Positions 46,704 through 58,178 are shown, counted from the whole stretch's first letter. The stretch: 58,178 bases of DNA, filler included, from Dirinaria sp. TL-2023a (GCA_051941275.1; 6 parts of 6 records of this genome joined end to end with filler, not necessarily neighbours in it), one strand, 5' to 3'. The notes: generated by a model from the sequence alone, not told the origin. Translations and numbers: made by a program.

Positions 46704-48491
46704 CGCAGCACCACCGCCGCCTCGAGACATCCAAGATGTGCCACCCTTCTAAAGGCTTGGAAACTTCCCTTCCAGACATCGAGGCTCACCGCGCACGCAT
46801 CGTCGGCACGTCTTTGCATTGCAACATCGGTGCACAAAGTCCATAGTCTGTCTTATATGCACAATTAAAAAAGAATGGACGGCATCGCGTTGATGTTGAT
46901 AGGTAGCTCTGACGCTCATGGCTTTCGTTCCATGGCTTCGGCGAAGCTTCCATCTACAATACTGGCAGCGGAGGATGTTACTCGATTTGTGGCATCTGCC
47001 ATTTGTATATAACGCATTTTTCGATATGTATAAAGTCATTCTGGAGCCAGAAAGCAGTAGCCAGACTGAGGAATTTGGTTCAGCCATACCATACATTGAA
47101 CCTAATGATGGCCGTCACATGTGAAGCAATAGAGATGCTGAGACTGTATCTGCCCGGTTCTCACAGTCTTTCCCCCCAATATCTCGATCTGGGTGATCCT
47201 CGACATGTGGATGGGCGACCGTGGGTGGCTGCCCCCCTTTTGGAGCAAGCTGCTGCATGATGCCCCATTCGGTCTCTCTTTGAGGGACTCGCTAAGCACA
47301 CACCCACTTTCGTGTTCTCTTACATCCCTGGCCCCCTTTTCTGAGGTTTAAGTGGTCGGCCGCTCAGTCTGAAGCAATTCGCTATTGAACGTGTATGTGT
47401 TGCTCAACCGTTCTTGAAATTCGTAGAATGATTGCCTCATGATTCAAGGAAAATAAGTATGAGAGGAGAGACTTCAGCTTACCTCAAACCTCTAGAATGT
47501 CAGGGATGGAATTAAATTCATCCGAGACTATCTCGAAGCTTCTTTTTCTTTTCTTTTTTTCTTCTTTTTTACATTTTTAAACACAGTAGAAGTGTACATG
47601 TTGACTTTCATAAATCAAGTCACAAGCGCTTAAGTATAATCATCGTAACCTTGGTATTATGTGTGTGTCTTGAAGCAAGATCAAGGATACTATTGAGTGA
47701 GGCGCATTACAAAGCTGACACGGTCAGGGTTCGGAGGGAAGAGGATGTTGGTGAGAACAGAAGGAGGTGATGTGTGTGTTTAGCAAGGCCCTTCGTTTAC
47801 TGTATTTTTCAAGTTTGCTGGTTGTCTTGCACCTGTTTTGTTAGTTGATGATGACCGAAGTTTCAGGATTCTCTTTACACAGCCATGATCACGACAGAGC
47901 GATCAATCGACGCATCGCGTTAATTGGTAAAGCGAATGCAAAGATTCTACGTAGAATGGCGATGCGCCGGGAAAACCGGATGCCATCGCCTGCCACAATA
48001 CATACACCAGGCCCCATAGCACATATCGGCAAATCGGCATCGCATGGACCGAGGGACCCGCGCCTGCTCGGGTGACTTCATGCGGTATGCGCTAGGTGCC
48101 CGATGCGGGGGCCATGGGAAAGCCGGAACATCTGACCATACCAGAGCCACCATGCCATCGGGCCAAAAGCATAGGAAAATCTATAACAAACCTCAATAGC
48201 AACGATAGGACTTTTTTTTTCGGTACTGAAACTTGCCTTCACCGAGCCTCTCTAGATTTTCTGCTCCCCAATATGTGTCTGATACTCGAGTGACTTACGA
48301 TCCATCACAGCTAAAATAACTATTAGTCAAACGTCATTCATTGGCATCATGAATGCGTATCCTATTCAGATTTCGAAGAATATCTTTGTATCCTCGATAT
48401 TATGGCGCGTACTTTGCGGATTATATGGGTTGTAGGACCAGTGTACCGCTTGGTTCTGCTTTCGAGTTAGGTGACCAGGTCCCCCCCCCTC

Positions 48492-48591
48492 NNNNNNNNN
48501 NNNNNNNNNNNNNNNNNNNNNNNNNNNNNNNNNNNTTAATTAATTAANNNNNNNNNNNNNNNNNNNNNNNNNNNNNNNNNNNNNNNNNNNN
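48492..48591. other. Artificial contig spacer N44-TTAATTAATTAA-N44
   Basis: Same 100-nt linker. Confidence 0.97.
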
Positions 48592-48984
48592 TCTATTATT
48601 GAAAGGTCTTCCCGGAGCTCAACAGCGAATATCGGAGGAAGCCAGAGGATAGGCTGTCCGAGATTCACGGAATATTTAAAAAAAAAAAAAGAAGAAGAAG
48701 AAGAAGAAAAGTTTTTCAGTAATTTGGAAATCGATGATCTTTGGATGATATTTACACTTTGCATACCGTACATGTATGCTATACCTATATGAACGGAGTT
48801 TGAACCGGAAGAAAAGGGACCTTAAAAAACTTATGTATGTACATCAAAAACCACGCTATATAGTACATACACAATAGACGGATATCTATATGGTTCCCCC
48901 TTGCGCAGGCATATTCAACCAACCGCAGTCCTTAGCGTCATGATAATTGTGAGCTGAGGAGTGAGGAGCGAGGGATTTCTGCTT

Positions 48985-49011
48985 GATGATGATGATGATG
49001 ATGATAATGAT
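48985..49011. repeat. (GAT)n microsatellite, imperfect
   Basis: gatgatgatgatgatgatgataatgat. Confidence 0.8.
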
Positions 49012-49671
49012 GGTGCCCGGGTCGTAGATGGGTCTTTTTCTTCTCATTTCAGGAAAGGAGGGAGCGAAGTAGGCACGCCAGGAGCTGCCTTTTTTTCTGG
49101 GCTTCGGAGTTCATCCCTACCGCTCCGCGGGCTTTTCGTGCTTTTGGCGCATGAATATGGAGATGGGTTTTGCTGAGCATTCTCATCTTTCTATTGTGAG
49201 CCTCTGAGATCCAGACTAGCTGTAGCTGTGGCGATGGTGTAAGTGGCTGAAGAAAACCCGGTATCTATCCCCCACGTCCTGCTACAGGTTTTGAGAACTC
49301 TGGCGCTTGACCGTGAGCAGATTCTCGGTCAGGGATCCTTCCGGGGTGTTGTGACCGACGACATCAAGGCCTTGCCCATATTTTGGGTGCCCGAGTCAAC
49401 GCCATTTCGTTTCGCTTTGTGTTGGTTTAACCTCTTGTGAGGTTTTCAACAAGGTTCTTTCAATGTGATCAGATCGAAAGGTAGCCTAGCAGCGAGACTT
49501 GCGATTTTCCCAATCTCCTGAAGAGCTCGATTTCGGGTCCGTCCAATGCGTGAAAAGCGTCAATTATACATCGGTCGAGGTCATACACCGATTTGCCCTC
49601 AGTCATTTCTGCAGGAAGTCTTCCTTTGGATTCGTCCTTTTGATTTCCACATCCGCTGTGCAATCATTCGC

Positions 49672-51819
49672 TTACGCAACACCCATTGCTTTACGTTCTT
49701 CTGGTGGCTCTGCATCCTCCTGAAAGCCATCCTCCATGCGGTTAACATATTCAGCCTTGTCATGTAATAGACGTAGTGCCCTGATCGTATAATCGTCCTG
49801 CTCTAAGCCAGCATCCTGCATCTGCCTTGTGGCTTCAACCACACCGTCAACATCCTGTCGCCGAGCATAACCTGCCATTATCGAATTCCATGTAACTACG
49901 TCGGGCACTATATTCCTTGAGCGCATCATTGCCAAAACTTTCTCTGCTGCTCCGTCGAAACCTTGTTTCATATAACAGTCAACCAGGATGTTCCAGGTTT
50001 GCACCGTAGGCTTTCCTCCGTTCTGTGGGTTTGTGCCCTTGAAGGCCAGTGCGGGAGTGTCGCCAAAAGGGACACTTGCAAGCATGTCCTTTACAACGAG
50101 CGTAGCATATTGTAGATAGTCGTGCTGAGAACCAAGGGCTTTGATGAAGGCGTTACCAATGTGATCTGTATTCGCAAGAGGTGCAAAAAGGGGATGCTTT
50201 GCCGCCACGTATTCACGGTACTGTTGGTACAAGGGAAGGATAGTTCTCGAAGTCGCACGCGATCGGACATAGGCCATCAGCACCATGCCAATGATCAATG
50301 AAGATGGCTGCGAGACACTGAAATCTGTATTCCCTTGATCCACGCTCGGGTACGGGAGTCCCAAATCTCGAAGAGGCTCGATATCGCAGTAGCGGCTGTA
50401 GTATGACAATACAAGCTCGAAGCAATGGGCTGGGTGGTACAGGGTGTCCGACTGATTGACAACGTAGACTGCGTGAAGAATATCGAAGACGAGGTCCAGG
50501 TCATGAGGCAGAATCCCTTCTTCCGTTGCGATGTCGATGACTCTATCTAGGGCACCTTGGTCAGGGCCTTGCTTCGCAATTATCAGTAAAACACTGAGAG
50601 TAATTCGATTAGGCTTCAGCCCTTCCAAAACTCCCATGTCATACCATCTCCAGGCTTCTTCAAAGTTACCGGCCTTAATTGCGGCCTGAATAATACATGT
50701 CCAAAGTATCTGGTTAGGTTTAATACCTAGCTCTATGAGACCCTGCCCCAGGCTCTGGTCGTAGATTTCCGATGAGGTCGTAGTCTCACTCCTAGATTCC
50801 GAAGCTGCCCGCAGAAACTGGACACAGCAGCTCTGCAATGCATAAGACGATGTATCGGTTCCCATACTAACAGCATTCCGGAGAACTTCGAAAGCTATAG
50901 GTAGCTCGCCTTTTTGCACGAATCTCTCCATGAAATGTAAAAGTGTCTTGCCCTTCAATGGAACTTTATACGTGAGCAGAGTTTGGAAAAAAGTTTTCAT
51001 CTGCTCGTGGCTGCAATGCGCTTGGATTAGATGAATGCTGCTTTGACCCATGAGCATTGGTCGCTCGCAGCGTGCAGCCATACTGATGTAGTCGCAAGCC
51101 AATTGATGGATGGCTTTGATGTGCAAAGCTGTGGGTGGATTGGCTGACTGTAGGAAGCATCGAACAAGCCTTTTAAAGTACGACCCCAGGGCTATCGGTG
51201 GTATGTCGAACACGCCATCATTAAATGCGAGGTGCAAGAGTATAAAGGCTTGTTCTGGATGTTCTCTCCAACACAGGTTCAACTGCGCATACCACGTCCG
51301 GCGACACCAGTTTCTGATCATCTGAGTGACCGTTCGCTGCAATTTATCCTCGTCCCATTTCCGATCTGCGCGATACCGATCCAAGCCTTGTGAAGTACTT
51401 CGGGATATCACCCTCTGCGCTGCCTCTTCCTGCATCTTCAAAAGCGCACGATACTTCTCCCAGCTTGTACGCCTCCAATCGATATCATCAGCATTAGTCC
51501 AATCGATGTTCTCAGTGTTATAAAAGAGCGCAGGGGCATCCTCGGGGTCATGCTTTGTGATCTGTGCGTGGCTGGCGTGGCAACCACCTGGTTGTATCTT
51601 CTCGTCTCGGTGCAAGGGACGCGAGGGTTGAGAAAGGCGTATTGATTCGCCATCTTGTAAGAATCCATTTGAGCGCCGTCCTGTGGGGGTTTGCAGGATT
51701 GATCGTTTAGTTGTTGAGCCCGCCACACATGACTTGATCAGTCTTGACTTTGACCAGGTAGATTTGGGAATATCAGCCGTGTTGAGATACGATGTTGCCC
51801 GAAGCGAGCGATTGATCAT
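49672..51819 (-). CDS. Pentatricopeptide repeat (PPR) protein, probably mitochondrial
   Basis: About 715-aa ORF with PPR motifs (GIKPNQILWTCIIQAAIKAGNFEEAWRWY; PTVQTWNILVDCYMKQG..AAEKVLAMMRSRNIVPDVVTWNSIMAGYARRQD) and an Arg/Ser-rich, acid-poor N-terminus. First ATG at 51819. Confidence 0.87.
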   Translation of the reverse strand: MINRSLRATSYLNTADIPKSTWSKSRLIKSCVAGSTTKRSILQTPTGRRSNGFLQDGESIRLSQPSRPLHRDEKIQPGGCHASHAQITKHDPEDAPALFYNTENIDWTNADDIDWRRTSWEKYRALLKMQEEAAQRVISRSTSQGLDRYRADRKWDEDKLQRTVTQMIRNWCRRTWYAQLNLCWREHPEQAFILLHLAFNDGVFDIPPIALGSYFKRLVRCFLQSANPPTALHIKAIHQLACDYISMAARCERPMLMGQSSIHLIQAHCSHEQMKTFFQTLLTYKVPLKGKTLLHFMERFVQKGELPIAFEVLRNAVSMGTDTSSYALQSCCVQFLRAASESRSETTTSSEIYDQSLGQGLIELGIKPNQILWTCIIQAAIKAGNFEEAWRWYDMGVLEGLKPNRITLSVLLIIAKQGPDQGALDRVIDIATEEGILPHDLDLVFDILHAVYVVNQSDTLYHPAHCFELVLSYYSRYCDIEPLRDLGLPYPSVDQGNTDFSVSQPSSLIIGMVLMAYVRSRATSRTILPLYQQYREYVAAKHPLFAPLANTDHIGNAFIKALGSQHDYLQYATLVVKDMLASVPFGDTPALAFKGTNPQNGGKPTVQTWNILVDCYMKQGFDGAAEKVLAMMRSRNIVPDVVTWNSIMAGYARRQDVDGVVEATRQMQDAGLEQDDYTIRALRLLHDKAEYVNRMEDGFQEDAEPPEERKAMGVA

Positions 51820-52179
51820 GAGCAAGATGTTCGCTCATGAGATTGTCTGCAGTGGCATTGGGATAGATTTCATCGATGGGTCCCCTCGCTTGTAAGGTAG
51901 TAATGAACTTTACAGTAGGTAGAGACTGTACATACTGTAGGTACACCGGGACACTAAGATAATACACATGGGTCATCTAAAGTACTCGTACCTCACCTTA
52001 ACTGGACATTTTGCCGAGGCACGAGCAACCACGCCAAGCCCCGCCTGGATCTCACAATCATCAATACTCAATACTCCAGTACTCCACGAGCCAAAATTTT
52101 TCACGAATTCGTCTCTTTGCCGTTCTTCCTGACCAGCTGCGATCATCTGGTGTGCACTTTCACGCCTACCCGATCGGTC

Positions 52180-52791
52180 ATGGCCTCTACCCATACTTCT
52201 CTCGATGCAGCAGCAACAGAACGCAAAGCCCGGCTTGCAAAGCTCAAATCACTCAAGCGCAAACAGCCAGACAGTCACAATGAAACCGACGAGACACCCG
52301 TGGTCGAAGGATTTTCCGCTGCGACTGCAGACATTCCCGGCGAAGCACCGTCAGTTGCCACTACTTACCTGTCCGGCCGCAACTATGACCTAGCCACCCA
52401 CGGCCCCAAACTTGGCTTTGAGCAAGCTCCGACAGAGAACCAAGAAACCTTGGAAGATCGTGCAGCCCAGATCGCGGAAGAAACAGCTCAGAGAGCGGAG
52501 CAGGAAGAAAAAGAGGATAAGCCGATTGATTTGTTCAAACTACAGCCGAAGAAACCTAATTGGGACTTGAAGCGAGACCTGGGTAGGAAGATGGAAATAT
52601 TGGATGCGAGGACGGATAACGCGATCGCGCGACTCGTCAGAGAAAGAATTGAAGGCGTGAGAAAGAAGACCGGCATGGCAGATGACGCTGTTGGCATGAA
52701 GGGAGAAGAGCTGGTCGAGGGCATGCACGTCAGGGAACGAGAAGCGGAAGCGGATGAACTAAGGGAAAAATCCGAGGAAGACATGCTGTAA
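52180..52791 (+). CDS. CWF18: Pre-mRNA splicing factor Cwf18 (CCDC12 family)
   Basis: ERKARLAKLKSLKRK, LSGRNYD..GPKLGFE and IDLFKLQPKKPNWDLKRDL..LDARTDNAIARLVRER. ATG at 52180. Confidence 0.9.
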   Translation: MASTHTSLDAAATERKARLAKLKSLKRKQPDSHNETDETPVVEGFSAATADIPGEAPSVATTYLSGRNYDLATHGPKLGFEQAPTENQETLEDRAAQIAEETAQRAEQEEKEDKPIDLFKLQPKKPNWDLKRDLGRKMEILDARTDNAIARLVRERIEGVRKKTGMADDAVGMKGEELVEGMHVREREAEADELREKSEEDML

Positions 52792-52968
52792 GGGCCGTAC
52801 GCACAGGGGGTCTCGTAGGACACGCCCTTCCACTTCACGGGCACAGTGTTCGGGCATGATATCACGCGGGCACGCATCAGTAGTTGTGGGTAAAATAAAG
52901 AACCGCTGAAATCTACCTCTTTTGGCTCCTTGCTAACCCTTAGCAGACGCAGGCGGCCTTGATAGTGG

Positions 52969-54196
52969 TCATCGAACTCCCATATTCATAGCTTGTGTCA
53001 AAGCGAGCCGCTTGCTAAAGGGACTTAGGCTTCTATCCTTGCGAGTTGGAGGAGACCGCCGCGATGAGTGGCTTGTCCCTTTGCCACGGCTATCGCTCGC
53101 CGCGGTCCAGTGGCTCTTGGTATCATCATACTCCGCGGCCGGTCCAGCTTCCCTTGACTGGTGTCGGGCTTTCCACTGAGAAGCTCTTCCAATCCCTAAT
53201 CCTCGATGTTGAGGGCTTGCAGGTGTCATTGACTGCCGATTCCTTGCGATCTGGCTTCTGTCCCTGCTCCTGGTTTGGCTCCTTCGTCTATGTCGCATCC
53301 CCGGTATACTTCGATCCCTACCACGTCGATCTGGGCTGATCGAAGAGCGCCGACGCCTTGTATTACGGTCTCCTTCTCGCGAGGGACGTCTCCGTCGCCA
53401 GTCAGTTGAGGAATTTGACGAGTATGATCTTGATGATGACTGAGAACTCCGCCGGCGCTTGAGGTTTGCTCGATGGGTGAAATCTGTCTCAAAATTCTTC
53501 ACAGGCTGTGGCAATTCCTGTCGCTCGATACCCTTGACTTGATCTTGAGACGGGTAGCCGCGCCTCCTCCCCAGCGAGGATGATGAAGTATATGACTTGG
53601 CGGAACTACTTGAGCTACTTCTTCTGGGGTAAGCCTTGGAGTCTCGTAGTCCGTTGTGAGAATGACGGTCCCGCATGGTAGTTGCAGGAAGAGAACGTCG
53701 AGGTGAAGGCGAACGCGAAAGGTTCGTGGAGATTGTGGATACCGATGTTGATGAGGACGTCGACACCGATCTCGAGCGCTTTTTGCCCCTGCCTGAAGAG
53801 TCATCCTCGTCCGCTTTGCGTTGACGACCCCTCTCCGCCTCCTTTTTGGCAAGCTCTTCGTCCGCGATCCCTTTCCTACAATTGGAATTCTAGTCAGTGG
53901 ATCATTCTGCAATCGACGGATGTCTACATACTTGCGGAGTAGCTCATTCGGCACATCCGTTGTCAGCTTCGGGACAAGCTTCGGGTTAGTCAGTTGCTGA
54001 GTCCGTGAAGGCCGAGAGACATAGGGTCTGTCCTGTGTGGTGGATTTGCATTCGTAGCTATAATGCCGTATGTGGCATCAGATAGGGATGTTGCCATAGT
54101 CATGATCCACTTATCTCGTTTCAAACATTTCTGGCATTGTGTCTGCGGACTGGCCTTGGAGCGCCCGCTGGCCGCAAGCCCAAATGGCCGATTCAT
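52969..54196 (-). CDS. Zinc-knuckle (zf-CCHC_6 / ZCCHC10-like) RS-rich protein; exons 54196-54115, 54067-53932, 53875-52969
   Basis: Spliced product MNRPFG..QCQKCLKRGHYSYECKSTTQDRPYVSRPSRTQQLTNPKL..ELLRKKGIADEEL.., then an RS-rich tail ending RSLSPFSKRLALTQAMN. Intron 2 is canonical (GTATGT..CTGAC..TAG); intron 1 appears to be AT-AC. Confidence 0.85.
54068..54114 (-). other. Putative 47-nt non-canonical AT-AC intron
   Basis: AAACGAG|ATAAGTggatcatgactatggcaacatccctatCTGATgccacaTAC|GGCATTATAGCTACGAATGC. Removal gives CQKCLKRGHYSYEC. Confidence 0.75.
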
Positions 54197-55028
54197 GAGC
54201 AGCTCGTCAGAAACGAAAGATTCTTTGGAGACGCGAAAACCTCCAAGTACCGCAGCCTGTGTATTGGCGGACGTGATACGGAGAAAGTGCGAGAGCAGGC
54301 TGCCAATGCGTTCCTCATCGAGACCTGAAACTAATGTATGTAGTCCCCGTTCACCTGCGCATTAAACATAACTGTACCTTAATTATTTGCCGGTCTCCCG
54401 GTCCTTGGTATGAACACTTGTAGAATAATACTTAATGAACCTCAACATTCGCGGCTTCCAAATGATCTGCGGCACTAGAATTTTAGCGGCATCCCCACAT
54501 CTTTGCCCGGAGTGACTACTACTGGTACCAGGCTGAGATTATTACCTTGGTATTATTATCATTATTACTCGCCGTCTTACTAACCCTCGTCAACATAACA
54601 GCAAACTTTGGTTCCACGGGCTGAGTGAGGCGACAAAACACCCTTTTCTGTCTTCATTGAGTGTGTTGGCATTCATGGACTGATTCACCCCGATCGCAAT
54701 TCCCTCACCACCTTTACTTACGTCGCCCACAATTCAAGAGGCTTCCAACCTCGTCTTTCTCAAGGCTATCGGGGCTCGGAGTAACAACGCCAGAAGAGAG
54801 CAGTGACAGTGACAGTGACAGCTCGTCTCGTCTACATGGCGGACGGTCATGATGCCAAGGGATTCTTTTCCATTACCACCAGAAGTGTTTGAGATGTCTT
54901 CTCCTTGAGCTACTATTGCATTCTTCTTACCCAACTTTTCTACACTCCTTTGGCACTGAAGTCCTCGATCTTTCAATCCCTACAACCGCCTCACCAGGCT
55001 CTGAAGGTCTAATATTCACTGATCTGTC

Positions 55029-57606
55029 ATGACGGCCAAGTCGCCTGCGTCTGGCGGCTCCAAGCCATCATTCGCAACTGTAAGCGTTCTTGACTCCGGA
55101 TTCGACACCGCCGGACTCTATTTCAGCTGACCTAAACTAGATTGCTGCGATGGCTCCTCCTTCGCAATCAGGGCGGGGTTCCAAATCGAGAGGCGTTACC
55201 GAAAGGTCGCCCAATCTTCCAGACCGCCCTTCACCTACCCGCGAAAAAAACCTTAATGATGAAACCACGTCAGCCTTGCATGCCCATCGCGATCTACAAA
55301 GTTCTATGAAACGGCTTGCCATCAGCGAGAAAGTGGTCATCCGTTCTCCGGCGGATGCGGATGGTCCAGGCCGTGCTAGCCTTAGGTTCGATGACGAACA
55401 GACCCATATCTCTTGTTCATCAACGAAGCAGACTAGCTCAGACAGTAGGAGCGCCACATCGGGCGCTACCTGTGCTCTCGACGAAAAGGAGTCTCTGAGA
55501 CCTGACGACAGTGCTAGCACAAGAGCTGTCGAGGAAGAGGATTCCTGTTCTGGAGTCGCATCAGCAGCGCCAAGCTCACGGGTTGGCTCAGAAGCTGGAG
55601 GTAGAGCCTTTCGAGATCAGTTCAACGAGATATCGGAGAGAATAGGTCCCAGCTTGCACCGTTTACAATCCATAAATCGACGGGGCATCCCAGGTATCGT
55701 CGAGGAGGGCTCGCAGCCAACGAACGCACCAAATGACCCCACAGTACCTGCACCCATCAACGGACCTGAAGGATTAGCTGCGAATGGCAGGTCGTTCATT
55801 ATAGAATACAAAGGTCCAGACGAGAAATTGTTTGAAGCCCTCGAGTCTCCTAAAGACCGCTTATTCCTTATTCGGCTTGAGCAAGAAGTAATCTCCTTCA
55901 TCAAAAATTCCAACGATCCAATTTTGGATCTCCCACCATGCAACTCGTTTTGCAGACTTCTTGCGCACAAGCTGGCCGATTACTACGCTCTAACTCATTA
56001 TGTGGATAACGCTGTCAGTTCTGTGCGCTTGTATCGGACGCCCTACTGTCGAATCCCAACGCCTTTGAGCGCTTTGGCGAAACAGTCGGTTCCAAAAGAT
56101 TCCATGCCAACCTCGCAGCCCAGCATGAAGATCATGCGGCGCGAAGGCGCTGGTAAAGATGGAGTAAATGCAGGATCGGGGGCCAACACCACTACGAGTT
56201 CAATGGCTGCTTCCAAGGCTAATTCTGAGATTGGGGACGACAGTCAACGAGGTACAGGGCTTGCATCGCCGACCGATTCTGTCACTGCAAAGGAGAGAGC
56301 TACCATGACCCGTGAAGAACGAGAAGCGAAATACAAAGAAACAAGGGAACGGATATTCAAAGGTTTTGAGGATGCCGAGAACGCCGAAGCAAACCAATCC
56401 AGCGAGCTTGTTAACGAAATGTCTCGTACGAGTTCAAGCGCTGGGAAGAAAAAATCGAAGAAGTCCAAACACCATGACGATGGCTTCGAGGCCCGTTCTA
56501 AGTTCAACGCTTACTATCCAGCAATGCAATATCCTCCTTCGCAGTACCCTGCCTCGCAGTATCCTCCCTCCCAGTACCCTCCTTCGCAGTATCCTATGTC
56601 AGATTACAAGCAGACCGCAGGTGCAATGGTGTATTTCAACCCATACTCCGCGGAGCAGGATGCAATGATGAATCAATCCGGCATGCTCAACACGCCAATC
56701 TTCTCGAACCCTTATTCGCATGGATATCCCCCAGTGCCAAACGGACCAATGTATCAAATGGGAATGCAAACCCCCATGATGCCCGGGTCAGATATGGCTA
56801 GTCAAAGCAATGGGCTCTGTTCCTACGGCGGTTACAGTCAACAATTTCCACAGGCATATGACCAACAGATGATGCAACAGCCAGTAATGGGCCAGCAGTC
56901 TCCAGTGATGTCGTCTCCCGCACTAAGTAACAACCCTCAACTCTCACGGCCATCATCGCAAATGTCCGACCAGTCTTATGTTCAGAACAGTTACTCGTAC
57001 GGTTACCAGCAACCTCCACAGCCGCAGCCGAGCTACTCACCGCACCTGCACCACCGGACCCCTGCGCGCAGCGTACCTTCAGTGCCGTATCAGTATGGGC
57101 AATTACCATATGAGCCCAATCATCCACCAGGGAAAGCACAGCACCCTCTGCCCGGAAGCTACAGTCGACAAGCATTTAATCCGCAGACTCGGGCCTTCGT
57201 CCCAAGTTCGGGCGGCAATGCTTCGCAGAGCCCGTCCTTCAGTGCACCGACCAGTACGCCGATACGTAGTCCACTGGCAAATTTGTCAAACGGCTCCGCC
57301 AATTCTCCTCACAGCAAACAGACAGGCAATCCTCACAACAGCTCCAAGAACACGTCTTCCACTCCGGCCCACTCCCACCGGTCGACGTCAAACCACAGCA
57401 GTCCCCAGCCAAGCACGCTTGCAAAGTGGGGGACACCGGCAAATCTGCCTCCCAAGCCGCCGCCACCGGAAACGCCGGCTGCGCCAGACTCGCTGCCCAC
57501 CAACCCTACGACCATGCACGGGCCTATTCCGATGCAGCCGATGATGCACGGGCAACCCATGCCAAGCTATCAGAATGGAATCTACAGTATGCCGGGAGGG
57601 AAATAA
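55029..57606 (+). CDS. R3H- and SUZ-domain RNA-binding protein (encore/ARPP21-like); exons 55029-55079, 55141-57606
   Basis: R3H region (PKDRLFLIRLEQEV..LPPCNSFCRLLAHKLADYY), SUZ (MKIMRR..TREEREAKYKETRERIF), Q/P/Y-rich tail with FNPQTRAFVPS. Intron GTAAGC..GCTGAC..TAG (55080-55140) adds MTAKSPASGGSKPSFAT in frame. Confidence 0.88.
56527..56601 (+). repeat. Coding 15-bp tandem repeat (QYPPS-like x5) in the R3H/SUZ gene
   Basis: Encodes QYPPS QYPAS QYPPS QYPPS QYPMS. Confidence 0.85.
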
Positions 57607-58178
57607 ATACAATGGTCAGCACGAGACCGGGGCATTTCTTTCTCTGGCGCATACATGCTTCTCTGCTGTGAAATGAAAGAAAAAAGCCAGATAAGTATAG
57701 GTCCGCCTTGGGAGGAGGGGGGGGGGTTTGTTTTTAAAGCATCCAGACACGGCGTTGACCAGTCGGTAACTTTTTCATGATGAAGCCTCATGACGATAAA
57801 GCATTCTGGGTGGTTGGTGGGTGGTGGCGGTGGTGTCTGTTTTTTCCTCCTTATATTTGCATGCACACACGTCATAGCTTGCGAAAGCGAAAAAAAGGAG
57901 GGAGAAAGCAGTTTTCTGGGGTGAAACGCCCGGGAACTCGAGGCCGCATCTTTTTTCGTGCGGCTCTTCCCTTTTTTTGTAGACAGATATGAATAGAAGA
58001 AGCTTTTTCTCCAATTTCTTCCATAATGTAAGGACCGCATACATACAGTAAGGTAGTCAAGATATCTAACCCGCGTGGTCTTTTTGTCTATACTTGTAGA
58101 GGTAGTCTTCATACTCCCCGCCACCGTGAAATGCACCCCAATAAATAAACATCTGTACTTATGTACAAACGCCCACCC

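Noticed and set aside
54068..54114. U12-type (minor spliceosome) classification of the AT-AC intron
   Set aside because: The donor is ATAAGT rather than ATATCCTT and there is no TCCTTAAC branch; the signals are U2-like.
57582..58136. 184-aa minus-strand ORF at the window end, and the many antisense ORFs overlapping real genes
   Set aside because: Low-complexity 3' UTR sequence or shadow frames with no protein motifs.

Overview
Fungal (filamentous ascomycete, Pezizomycotina) genomic DNA with spliceosomal introns. The window is not one continuous locus. Five identical 100-nt spacers (N44-TTAATTAATTAA-N44) split it into six segments of steadily decreasing length (9636, 9628, 9619, 9607, 9601, 9587 nt), i.e. 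size-sorted contigs that were concatenated. Segment 1: 3' end of a MYND-finger gene, a disrupted Pif1-family helicase, nitronate monooxygenase, RPB11 and a CAP/PR-1 protein. Segment 2: a Cys-rich secreted protein, a SAM methyltransferase and a CBM48-like protein. Segment 3: a Far1/Ste5-like RING-PH-vWA gene with about 4.3 kb of gene-free upstream DNA. Segment 4: divergent VAC7 and SWE1/wee1. Segment 5: a stop-riddled ORF, intron-containing tRNA-Leu(AAG) and a cytochrome P450. Segment 6: PPR protein, CWF18, an RS-rich zinc-knuckle gene and an R3H/SUZ protein. The most striking signal is an apparent non-canonical AT-AC intron (ATAAGT...CTGAT...TAC) whose removal is needed to build the CCHC knuckle of the RS-rich gene. 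Also notable: long in-frame stop-free intron candidates in VAC7 and SWE1, and stops in the Pif1-like gene that fall on expected Trp codons. All gene identities come from recognising motifs by eye; no database search was run.
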